From: Cryomorphaceae bacterium
GTDB taxonomy: Bacteria; Bacteroidota; Bacteroidia; Flavobacteriales; BACL11
DNA: 36,297 bases
Assembly: GCA_014384505.1 (NCBI GenBank)
Contig: JACNFT010000081.1
Span: 1-36,297 of the forward strand
Direction: 5' to 3'
The notes beneath the pieces were generated by a model. The model was not told the DNA's origin and searched no databases. It was given only the letters and a program-made list of their open reading frames with translations. A program made the position numbers and the translations under genes. Within the stretch, counting starts at the first letter, position 1. Every line of letters starts with the position of its first letter. This document shows, in pieces, positions 28,074 through 36,297 of this stretch.

Positions 28074-28966
28074 TGAGATATTTAATTGTCTTTCTATTTG
28101 TTTTGAGTGCTTGTTATGATGGAATAAAGACCCTGCCTAGTTCAACAGGGATTTTGTCGGAAGTTATTTTTGTAGTTGAGGATGCACTTTGGGAAAACCA
28201 GGTTAAAGATGTAGCTTTTAGAACTTTTGGAGTTCCAATTCAAGGATTAACGCAAGATGAATCTTCTTTTAGAGTAATACAAGTAAATCATAGTGAGTTT
28301 AAGTCTATTTTAAAGACGCATAAGAATATTGTAATCATTGCTAAGAATGTGCATACTAGCAATCAACAGGATAAGTGGGCTAATGACCAACTAGTCGTAC
28401 AGCTAGAATTTAAGCATGAGGATAATGAATTAACAAAAGACTTAAATAAAGTAAAGGCAATTTTTGAGTTTAGGGAAATTAGGATTTTAAGAAATAGTAT
28501 TTCAAAATCATCTCAAAAAATACAAGAGAAACATATTAAAGAAAAATTTAATATTGAAACTCTAATACCTTCAGAATATACAATTATTAAAGATACTGTA
28601 GCTTTATTTTGGGCAACTTATAATCCTGAAAAACAAGAGGAAATAAAACACCTCTTTGTTTTTTCATTTGAACCAAAAGAGATTAATCTTCAACAAGAAG
28701 TATTGCAAAAAACAGATAGTATTTTTGCCAAGTATCTACTTGGGGCTAAGCACGGGCAACATGTGAAAATAGAAGATATGTTTTCTCCTGTCTACTCTGA
28801 AAATACGTATAGAGGATTATGGAAATTAAATGGAGGTTTTATGGGAGGTCCTTTCCTTATTAAAACTTATTTTATTGATAAAAAAGTAGTTGTAACAGTT
28901 GGCCTTATTTTTGCTCCAAATGACAGAAAAAGAAATTATATAAGAACCTTAGAGGCTATTTTATAA
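28073..28966 (+). CDS. DUF4837-like lipoprotein
   Basis: Lipobox VLSA|C; LPSSTG..SEV..V, GL.Q.E, RGLW..GFMGGPF, FAP..KRNY..LEAI. Confidence 0.78.
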   Translation: MRYLIVFLFVLSACYDGIKTLPSSTGILSEVIFVVEDALWENQVKDVAFRTFGVPIQGLTQDESSFRVIQVNHSEFKSILKTHKNIVIIAKNVHTSNQQDKWANDQLVVQLEFKHEDNELTKDLNKVKAIFEFREIRILRNSISKSSQKIQEKHIKEKFNIETLIPSEYTIIKDTVALFWATYNPEKQEEIKHLFVFSFEPKEINLQQEVLQKTDSIFAKYLLGAKHGQHVKIEDMFSPVYSENTYRGLWKLNGGFMGGPFLIKTYFIDKKVVVTVGLIFAPNDRKRNYIRTLEAIL

Positions 28967-31475
28967 TTAGTTTTTCTCTTCTTGAAAACCCATTTTTATT
29001 ACTTATTTCTATAATATAGCATCCTTTTGCGAAATTAGAAGTATTGATTGTTTTGGCAGTTGTTTCAATAATTTTTCTACCTGTTACTGTAAATATAGTT
29101 ATATTAATATTTTGTTGACTTGTGGTTATCGTTATTTTATCTTGAGCAGGGTTAGGATAAATTTTAAAATTGATCTTCTCGTTAGCGTAAACATTTGTTG
29201 ACAATGTGTTTAAAGGGCTTTCCCACACTCCTCTTCCGAAAGTAGCCGCACTAATGCTTCCTCCATCATAATGGATTTCAAGTTCTTTAACAATAACATT
29301 CGGCAAGCCGTCATTAAAAGGTATCCAATCTGACATAGTGTTGTTTTTATAATAAACACCAATATCTGTTCCTATATACAAATCATCATTAGCCCCACCT
29401 TGGTAAACAATGCAGTTTACAGGAAGACCAGGCAAGTTACTTCCTGAAATATTTACCCAACTATTTCCTGCATCATTAGTTTCGTAAACCTTATGAACGT
29501 TATTATATTCAGAGAAAGTAACCCACGCTCTATCAGGATTTGTATTTGAGACAGTAATGTCAGTCATATTATAATTTGCCAACCCTGGTTTTATATAGGT
29601 CCATGATTGACCAGCATCTTTTGTAACTTTAATTTTGCTGTATGATGCTACATAGATATAGTTTTCATCTGAAGGAGCTAAAGCAATTGACCTAATAGCT
29701 TGCCCGCCACTTACATTATATGAGATAGAATCCCAAATAGCACCTCCGCTTGTGGACCTGTAAACCTCATCATAACCAATAACAAGTATATCGCTATTAC
29801 TGCTATGCATTTCATATGGAGTATTCCAACCTCCCTCATAGCTTACTGGTTTTATATTATCCCAGCTATTTCCCCCGTTATATGATTTTCTTAAACCTCC
29901 ATATTGGTATTCCGCATAAATAATATCATCATCATTATGATCAATTTTACATTCCATTCCATCTCCTCCCATTATTGCATCCCAAGTACTATTTGTAAGC
30001 ATTTCTGTTCCATTGTCTTGTGCTCCTGCAACTAGTCTATTAGGGTTTGATTGTGATAATCCTAAGTTATAAAATTGAGAAATTTCTAGACCATCAGAAA
30101 TATCTACCCATTTATTTAAGTTTTCCATGTATTTATAAAAACCACCATCATTTCCTGCATAAGCTACATGAGTATGAGGGTTAAACTCAAAAGCATGTTG
30201 ATCTACGTGCATGTATGAATAATTAGATCCATTACCACTATTTGCATCTATATCCCAATTAACACCTCCATTGTCAGACCTCCAAATATTAATACCACCA
30301 ACATATACTAAGTTTTCGTTATTTGTTGCAACCCCTAAGCTTAAATCATACCATGATTGTCCTCCTGAGTCAGAACCATCAGTTTCCCTTCCTAAAATAT
30401 TAGGAGTACTTGATTGCGGTATCCAACTGTCTCCTGAATCAGAAGATTTATAGAGCCCATGAAAACTATAATCAGAAGCAGAAAAAAGGGCGTAAACTAC
30501 TTCAGGATTGTCAGGAGTGACAGCAATTAAAGGGCGATACCTACTGCCACTTATTCCATTATCAATTATAACCCAGTTTACCCCACCATCAGTTGTTCGG
30601 TATATATTACTCCCACCGCTTGATTGTTTTGCTGCATATATTACATTAGAGTTATTTGGTTTAAATTCAATATCACGCCACCTTCCAATAGCTCCAACAG
30701 TTAGCCAATTTGCTCCAGCATCACCACTAATTAGTATATTTGAATTAGTGACAGCATAAAGGCTGTCAGTATGATTGGGGTTGATGATAACTTTATTCAC
30801 TGTTTTTTCTTGATTAACAGTATAGCTTAAACCAGTAGTATTCCAAGTTATTCCGCCATCAGTTGATTTTAAAATTCCAATACTATATGTATCTGTTGCA
30901 TACGCATCACCTGTAACAATATACATAATTTGATTGTTATCAGGGTCAATAGCAATGTGAGACACTCCAATAACAGGCAATCCATCAGTGTTAGTTGTCC
31001 AATTACTACCCCCGTCAACTGATTTCCATAATCCTCCAGCTGGTGATCCTATCCAAATTATATCTGGATCAACTGGATCAAAAGCAATACAATTTACTCT
31101 GCCATTACCTCTCTTTTTTCCATTAGACAGTATGATAGGTGTATTAATTGGCCCTTTTGAAATCCAATTAGATTGGGTGCTTGTTTTTGAATAAGCGTTA
31201 CTCTCTTGTATTTTTTCCCATTCCTTAAACAAAGCATCTGCTTTAAACTCTCCCGATTCAGAACTTCTTTCTAAAATGAAATCCATCTCTCTAGCATAAG
31301 GTTTAAATCCGTTTCCTTTAGTATAGGGATGTGTAGCTCGATATTCTTCAAAAGCAATGCTTTTTTCTTGAATTGTTGGATTTGGATTTGTTTTTAATAA
31401 TTCATCTTCCCATATTTGAGAAAAACTAATAATATTAAAAAAGCAAAAAAGAATAGTTAAGTGTAATCTGTTCAT
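28956..31475 (-). CDS. Asp-box (BNR/VPS10-like) beta-propeller protein with T9SS type A CTD
   Basis: Signal peptide; about 10 S/T-x-D/N-x-G-x-x-W boxes; GRVNCIAFDP, HVDQH, GAQDNGT, GGDGM, ATFGRGVW; CTD FKIYPNPAQD..FTVTGR..GCYII..EKLIIK. Confidence 0.9.
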   Translation of the reverse strand: MNRLHLTILFCFFNIISFSQIWEDELLKTNPNPTIQEKSIAFEEYRATHPYTKGNGFKPYAREMDFILERSSESGEFKADALFKEWEKIQESNAYSKTSTQSNWISKGPINTPIILSNGKKRGNGRVNCIAFDPVDPDIIWIGSPAGGLWKSVDGGSNWTTNTDGLPVIGVSHIAIDPDNNQIMYIVTGDAYATDTYSIGILKSTDGGITWNTTGLSYTVNQEKTVNKVIINPNHTDSLYAVTNSNILISGDAGANWLTVGAIGRWRDIEFKPNNSNVIYAAKQSSGGSNIYRTTDGGVNWVIIDNGISGSRYRPLIAVTPDNPEVVYALFSASDYSFHGLYKSSDSGDSWIPQSSTPNILGRETDGSDSGGQSWYDLSLGVATNNENLVYVGGINIWRSDNGGVNWDIDANSGNGSNYSYMHVDQHAFEFNPHTHVAYAGNDGGFYKYMENLNKWVDISDGLEISQFYNLGLSQSNPNRLVAGAQDNGTEMLTNSTWDAIMGGDGMECKIDHNDDDIIYAEYQYGGLRKSYNGGNSWDNIKPVSYEGGWNTPYEMHSSNSDILVIGYDEVYRSTSGGAIWDSISYNVSGGQAIRSIALAPSDENYIYVASYSKIKVTKDAGQSWTYIKPGLANYNMTDITVSNTNPDRAWVTFSEYNNVHKVYETNDAGNSWVNISGSNLPGLPVNCIVYQGGANDDLYIGTDIGVYYKNNTMSDWIPFNDGLPNVIVKELEIHYDGGSISAATFGRGVWESPLNTLSTNVYANEKINFKIYPNPAQDKITITTSQQNINITIFTVTGRKIIETTAKTINTSNFAKGCYIIEISNKNGFSRREKLIIK

Positions 31476-31484
31476 AATTAATGT

Positions 31485-33800
31485 TTAAAATCTGGCTTGC
31501 AAAGATAGTGAAAAATTTCTCCCACTGGCGCTAATTCCCGAGCCAAAAGTCTTATAATGGGTATCTGTAATATTATAAATACCAGTTATAAAAGTTAGGT
31601 TTTTATCAATATTTATTTTGTGTTTTAAGTTAAGGGTGTACCATGATGGATTGCCAATTTGTGTTGCTTCTTCCAGATTATCTACACCTGACAGGTCATA
31701 ATCTTTAGCTTTTTTAATCCCATTATAATGTATACTAAAGCTGATAAACTGCTTTCTTATGTTATAAGTTAACTCACTAATAATATTTTTTGGTGGGATA
31801 TGAGCTAAAGGTAATTTATCGCTGGTCTCTCCTTTTAAAATATTTATCGAACCATTATGACTGAATCTTTTTGTCAGATTTATGTGATAGGCAAAATTAA
31901 GCCCACTAATATTAGCCTTTCCTATATTTTGATTCATCATTACCTTCATCATCTCTCCATCATAAATGATAGAATCATTTCCATTTAATTTAGCATACCT
32001 TCTTTCAATAGCATCAATAATTTGAGTTTGAAATACTTGTAATTGAAAAGTAATCTGATTGTTAAAATTGCCAACTAATCCTGTTTCAAAGTTAAATGAT
32101 TTTTCAGGTGATAATTGATTATTTGGCAATATAACTGAAATATCATTCTTTGAAAAAATCTTACCAATATCATCTGTATTTGGATTTCTAAATCCATTTG
32201 AAATTGATGCATTGAAAGTAAAACTCTTGCTTGCTTTATAATGCATTTGCACTGAATTGGATAAAGATTTATTTTCTACAAGGATTTCATCAAACGGTAA
32301 TTTTATTGTTGTTGTATCACGGAATTTAGAAGATAATGAATTGACATTATATCTAGTTCCTAAAAGTAAATCTATATTTTTTAGGCCTTGATAATTTAGC
32401 TGTATATATATTGCATTGTTAAGCACATTTGTCCCTCCGTCAGGATACCTACTAGTGTTATAGTAAATATTGTTATTAGATGATAAGTTGGCTTTAGATT
32501 CTAATTGTTGAAATCTAGAGTCAAATCCATAATTTATTTTTAACTTATTGATTTGTTTTAGTACATCAGTTTTTAAATCAAAAATCTGAAGCAATTCAGT
32601 TCTATTATTTAATAAATTGGCTCCTTGTTTTTGCTTGTGTCTGGATTCTTTAACATCCTGAAAGGAAGCTGTAAATACTGCTTCATTTGAAAATACAGTT
32701 TGCTTATAGTTTTTTAGTCGTATGCTTTGAAGTATCCTTTTTTGAGGGCCATAGTACCAATAGAGATATTTATTTTCTCCATCTTTTGGGTCATTTAATT
32801 TATCAAATCGGTTAATATTTGATGATGTAGAAAACTGAGAGTTAAAAAGTAAAAAGTTATTTTTTGTTAATTGAAACAAGGTTTTGTGAAAAAAATCAGC
32901 TTGTTGATATGCAGTTTCTTTTTGTATATTATTTTCTGATATTATAGATTCATTCCCCCAATTTAAAAAGCCATGTTTTCTATTATTACCCATTCTCAAA
33001 TCGCCATAAGATTTTACAGAAAAACCACTAATATTAATGCTTTTTCCTAACTTATAATTTGATGTTAAGGAAGTAAAAATAGCTTTTGAACTGCTTTCGT
33101 ATTGTTGTGCGAAATGGTGACCTCCGTTATTTTTAGGGCGTTTAGTTGTGAAAATAATTGCACCCCCCATAGCTCCATTTCCAAATGCAACTCCTGATGG
33201 GCCAAACAATACTTCAGCACTATTTAAAAAAAAAGGGTTTATTGTTGCCGTATTTTGAAGGTGCCCACTTCTAAAAATAGTATTATTCAAAGCTATCCCA
33301 TCAACAATTATTAATAACCTATTAGCTTCCATTCCTCTTAAGTTTGGACTTCCTCCTCCATTCTGACTTTTTTGAATGCTTAATCCCATTGTTTTCTCTA
33401 GTAAATCACTAGTCTGAGCACTTTGAACATTAGCAATTTTAATTGCATTTATTTTTGTAAAAATTGATGTTTCTTTAAAATGATTTAGCTTTGAATCGTT
33501 TATTTCTACATTGTCTAGAGTATGTGTTTTTAAAACCAAAAAGATACTATTATTTTGAATGTCTTTTTTTGTTATGCTAAGGTTTTGATATGCTAAATGT
33601 TGAATTAACAAAGTATCATTTCTTTTGAATGAGTCTAGTTTGCTAGTTCCTTTTTTATTGCTGACTACTCCTGTATTGTTGGTATTCGAACTTATACTAA
33701 CTCCTTCTATTGGGCGTTGAGTAAGTATATCCTTAATGGTTATTTCTTGAGCGCTTATTTTAAAACTAATTAAAGTTAGGATTATTGCGATATACTTCAT
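31485..33800 (-). CDS. TonB-dependent outer-membrane receptor
   Basis: Signal peptide; plug QKSQNGGGSPNLRG.EANR..VDG, EVLFGP..GA.GG; barrel GFRNPN, LSPEKS, YNITD.HY; terminal Phe (LQARF). Substrate unknown. Confidence 0.93.
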   Translation of the reverse strand: MKYIAIILTLISFKISAQEITIKDILTQRPIEGVSISSNTNNTGVVSNKKGTSKLDSFKRNDTLLIQHLAYQNLSITKKDIQNNSIFLVLKTHTLDNVEINDSKLNHFKETSIFTKINAIKIANVQSAQTSDLLEKTMGLSIQKSQNGGGSPNLRGMEANRLLIIVDGIALNNTIFRSGHLQNTATINPFFLNSAEVLFGPSGVAFGNGAMGGAIIFTTKRPKNNGGHHFAQQYESSSKAIFTSLTSNYKLGKSINISGFSVKSYGDLRMGNNRKHGFLNWGNESIISENNIQKETAYQQADFFHKTLFQLTKNNFLLFNSQFSTSSNINRFDKLNDPKDGENKYLYWYYGPQKRILQSIRLKNYKQTVFSNEAVFTASFQDVKESRHKQKQGANLLNNRTELLQIFDLKTDVLKQINKLKINYGFDSRFQQLESKANLSSNNNIYYNTSRYPDGGTNVLNNAIYIQLNYQGLKNIDLLLGTRYNVNSLSSKFRDTTTIKLPFDEILVENKSLSNSVQMHYKASKSFTFNASISNGFRNPNTDDIGKIFSKNDISVILPNNQLSPEKSFNFETGLVGNFNNQITFQLQVFQTQIIDAIERRYAKLNGNDSIIYDGEMMKVMMNQNIGKANISGLNFAYHINLTKRFSHNGSINILKGETSDKLPLAHIPPKNIISELTYNIRKQFISFSIHYNGIKKAKDYDLSGVDNLEEATQIGNPSWYTLNLKHKINIDKNLTFITGIYNITDTHYKTFGSGISASGRNFSLSLQARF
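31500..31507 (-). promoter_or_regulatory. Candidate internal -7 promoter (TATCTTTG-CA) for the Asp-box gene
   Basis: Lies within the last codons of the TonB receptor gene, 24 nt upstream of the ATG at 31475. Confidence 0.45.
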
Positions 33801-34504
33801 GTTCTTAATGATTCAATAATTAAGTGACTGGTCATGTTTTTAAGCTCATGATGTTGTAATTTATAGTATTGAATTAAATGTAATAAAATTTTATTTCTAT
33901 TTTTATACGGAATGTTAATGTCTTTATTTTCAAGTAATTTTCTTAAATAGTATGAATTTTCCTTTTTAATAAAATGATTTAATTGTTGCTGATTATTTGT
34001 AAATTCTCCAAACTCCAAATTGAAGTAATCTCCATCTATTTGGTCTTTAGAAGGTAAAAATCCAAGTTGTTCTGAAAGTCCAATTAGAAATATTAAGGCA
34101 AAATTTGGATTAATTTTCTCAAAATTACTTAGGTTATTTTTTAGCTCCCAAATAAATTTAAAAAGGGCTTTGTCTTTTTCAGTTTCTAATAGAACTTTTG
34201 ATATTACTTCAGCAACAAATATGGAAATAAAATTCTTTTTCATATCAATTCCATCAGATACTTGATTATGTGCTATAGTAATTTCGCTAATATATTGCAG
34301 GCTATTTTTAGTTATATGAGTTGCATTTATGTTAAGTAATTGTAGTGGTTGAAAAAGTCCTAGTTTTTTTTTTGCTTTTTGTGCTCTCACTCCTTTTACT
34401 ATAAAACTTTGTAGTCCTTTTTCTTCAGTAAAAATTTTTGCAATAATTGAGCTTTCTCCTTGTTTTAAATAATTAAGTGCAATAGCCCTGCTTTTATATT
34501 TCAT
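33797..34504 (-). CDS. recO: DNA repair protein RecO
   Basis: GESSIIAKIFTEEKGLQSFIVKGVR, LFQPL, FVAEV, LSEQLGF.P, YFNLEFGEF, YYKLQH..L.S; adjacent to porZ. Confidence 0.92.
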   Translation of the reverse strand: MKYKSRAIALNYLKQGESSIIAKIFTEEKGLQSFIVKGVRAQKAKKKLGLFQPLQLLNINATHITKNSLQYISEITIAHNQVSDGIDMKKNFISIFVAEVISKVLLETEKDKALFKFIWELKNNLSNFEKINPNFALIFLIGLSEQLGFLPSKDQIDGDYFNLEFGEFTNNQQQLNHFIKKENSYYLRKLLENKDINIPYKNRNKILLHLIQYYKLQHHELKNMTSHLIIESLRT

Positions 34505-36297
34505 TAGTGAATAAACAAGATCTTACTTACTATTTTCTCTAGTCCATTTATATCAGTACTGAATACTAAATATACACCAGTAGATACTCTGTTTCCACTT
34601 TTATTCTTACCATTCCAACTTGCCTGCCCTCCTTTTGCAAAACCTTCAAACACTAAATTACCATCAATATCAGCAATTTTTACATTAGCATCCTTAACTA
34701 AACCGCTTACAGCAATTATACCATTATAGGTCTCTCTAACGGGGTTAGGGAAGACTTTTGTTGTTGATTGTGTTATGGCTCCATTTGTTGCGTCTGCCCG
34801 GTAAGAGATAAGTCCTTTTTCGGTGCCAATAAATACTTCACCACTTGAAGGGTTTATTGTAATATCATAAATATTATCTGAAAATAGAGGGCTATTATAG
34901 GTCGTAAAATGAAGTATTTCTTCCATTCCATCATCTGATATTAGAAAAACTCCTGATTTTTCAGTTCCAATCCATTTTCTGTTTGCTCCATCTACTGTTA
35001 TACATTTTACTTTTTCTTCACTTAATAAATATTGGCCATATTCTCCTTCAGTGATTAATATCTGTTGTGCATCAAAATTATTGTCTGAAAATATAGCTGA
35101 AGGATTATAGAAAATACCAATCCCTTTATCAGTTCCTACCCATATTTCGCCATCTAAATCTTCTGCTATGGAATATACTCCCATTGAAGGAAGATTTCCT
35201 TGGCCTACTGTATTTTTAAGTGTTTTGTACTGGTCATCACTTGGGTCTGATATTGTATTATTGTCATCATATACAAAGAGCCCTCCTGACCGCCCAATTA
35301 CCCCCCATTTTTGGTTAAATTGATCTATTATTAAATCATCAAAAAACAGTCCAATTTTATTTTGATTCATATTATATGAGAACCACTCATCATTTTTTGT
35401 TTTTACAAATAAAGGATGGTTAACTTCTGAACTTAATCCCCATAAATTCCCGTCATTATCAAATTTAAGATCGGAAATTCTGATTCTATTATTAGAATAA
35501 TAGACTGTGTCTAATACACCAGTAGTATTATTATAGCCATACTTCTCAATAAATTCTTCATCTTTCATTTTAGATATTCCATGGTACCAGGAGGCATAAA
35601 ATGTATATCCATCTTTTACTGCAACTTCTAATATATCTCTAGCTCCACCTATTTCCGATCTATTATTGTTAATCCATGTATCTGTGGTATTTTTATAAGA
35701 AACTCCATCATTTATTAATGAATTTGTACCAAAGTTGGCATGCCCACCATGGCACATATATAGAGTGTTTTCTTCATATTCTAGGCTATAAATATCATTT
35801 CTAACAGGCCCTTCTGGTATAAAACTTTCTTGGTACTGAAAATTACTAAATTTTAAAAGCCCATTTGCAGAATCTGCTACCCATAGATATCCTTCACTAT
35901 CTGTAAATATAAAATTAATATTTTCTAATTTATTATTTAGTATAGTGTCTGCATTTAATAAAAGATTATTATACTTTAATATAGTATCATTAAATGATAG
36001 GAATAGAGAGTTATTATTGTAAAAAGAGTTTTCATTTCCACTCCATATTGAATCCTCTATTACGAAAATATTTTGATAATTATCAGTTCTATTTATATCC
36101 AATATCCAGCTGTTAAAGTCGAATAAACTAGTAGAGTTTTTATCTGCAGAATAAACTCCATTTTCTGAAGCTACATAAATATAAGTACTGTCAAAGGCAC
36201 AACTATTTATCCCCTCAAAATTACCATTTTGACCAATTTTATATGTATCTTTTATTTCTTCATTTTCTAAATCAAGAAGTACTAATCCAAAAGTGCA
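34504..36297 (-). CDS. porZ: T9SS attachment-complex component PorZ-like (5'-truncated by window)
   Basis: The frame stays open to the window edge (CTFGLVLLDL..EIKDTY.. precedes the ORF-track start); beta-propeller repeats DLDGEIWVGTDKG, VDGANRKWIGT..SGVF, NSPLFSD, GEVFIGTEKGLISY; CTD VFPNPVR..GVYLVF; followed by recO. Confidence 0.88.
   Translation of the reverse strand, partial: CTFGLVLLDLENEEIKDTYKIGQNGNFEGINSCAFDSTYIYVASENGVYSADKNSTSLFDFNSWILDINRTDNYQNIFVIEDSIWSGNENSFYNNNSLFLSFNDTILKYNNLLLNADTILNNKLENINFIFTDSEGYLWVADSANGLLKFSNFQYQESFIPEGPVRNDIYSLEYEENTLYMCHGGHANFGTNSLINDGVSYKNTTDTWINNNRSEIGGARDILEVAVKDGYTFYASWYHGISKMKDEEFIEKYGYNNTTGVLDTVYYSNNRIRISDLKFDNDGNLWGLSSEVNHPLFVKTKNDEWFSYNMNQNKIGLFFDDLIIDQFNQKWGVIGRSGGLFVYDDNNTISDPSDDQYKTLKNTVGQGNLPSMGVYSIAEDLDGEIWVGTDKGIGIFYNPSAIFSDNNFDAQQILITEGEYGQYLLSEEKVKCITVDGANRKWIGTEKSGVFLISDDGMEEILHFTTYNSPLFSDNIYDITINPSSGEVFIGTEKGLISYRADATNGAITQSTTKVFPNPVRETYNGIIAVSGLVKDANVKIADIDGNLVFEGFAKGGQASWNGKNKSGNRVSTGVYLVFSTDINGLEKIVSKILFIH

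Noticed and set aside
338-31194. Other short alternative-frame or antisense ORFs in the track (e.g. 338-631, 8616-8918, 9922-10167, 16320-16607, 17847-18113, 23236-23612, 30271-31194)
   Set aside because: All lie within well-supported genes and show no protein-like motifs.
34364-34373. A10 homopolymer in recO (and T9 at 33226-33234 in the TonB receptor) as phase-variation tracts
   Set aside because: Both frames are intact and the tracts encode Lys or Phe/Leu runs. Such tracts are expected in AT-rich DNA.
34504-36102. ORF-track 532-aa PorZ as a truncated gene or pseudogene
   Set aside because: The reading frame continues without a stop to the window edge, so the real start lies outside the window.
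1-36297. Sigma-54 promoters (TGGCAC-N5-TTGC), CRISPR arrays, tRNA/rRNA genes, IS elements, integrases, defence systems
   Set aside because: The TGGCAC hits I found lie inside genes and lack the -12 TTGC. No spaced repeats, RNA-gene signatures or recombinase/nuclease motifs were seen, and intergenic space is minimal.

Overview
AT-rich, gene-dense chromosomal segment of a Bacteroidota bacterium, most consistent with a Flavobacteriales-type lineage. Markers: atpFHAG without a following atpDC, the Bacteroidota-type insert in AtpA, TAnnTTTG promoter boxes, A-rich translation starts and type IX secretion (T9SS) genes. It is mostly core genome. On the + strand: the end of the ATP synthase operon; an envelope operon (crotonase, MOP flippase, dut, nucleotidyltransferase, TPR, DUF4292-like, envC-like); tatA (missing from the ORF track) and gatA; a DUF3108-like gene and an M23 peptidase; and a four-gene T9SS module. 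Further along: a minus-strand dxs-asnS-rpoN-PAP2-like run, mltD plus a DUF4837-like gene on +, and a minus-strand run of porZ, recO, a TonB receptor and an Asp-box T9SS cargo. I found no mobile element, CRISPR array or RNA gene. The best novelty candidates are the T9SS module at 14.3-21.3 kb (an orphan gene with an unusually short CTD-like tail, and a reduced PorE-like partner), two apparently leaderless transcripts (TAnnTTTG-N4-ATG), an M23 peptidase with a His-to-Cys zinc-ligand substitution, and the dut-to-envC envelope operon. All family calls come from motif recognition by eye, not database searches.
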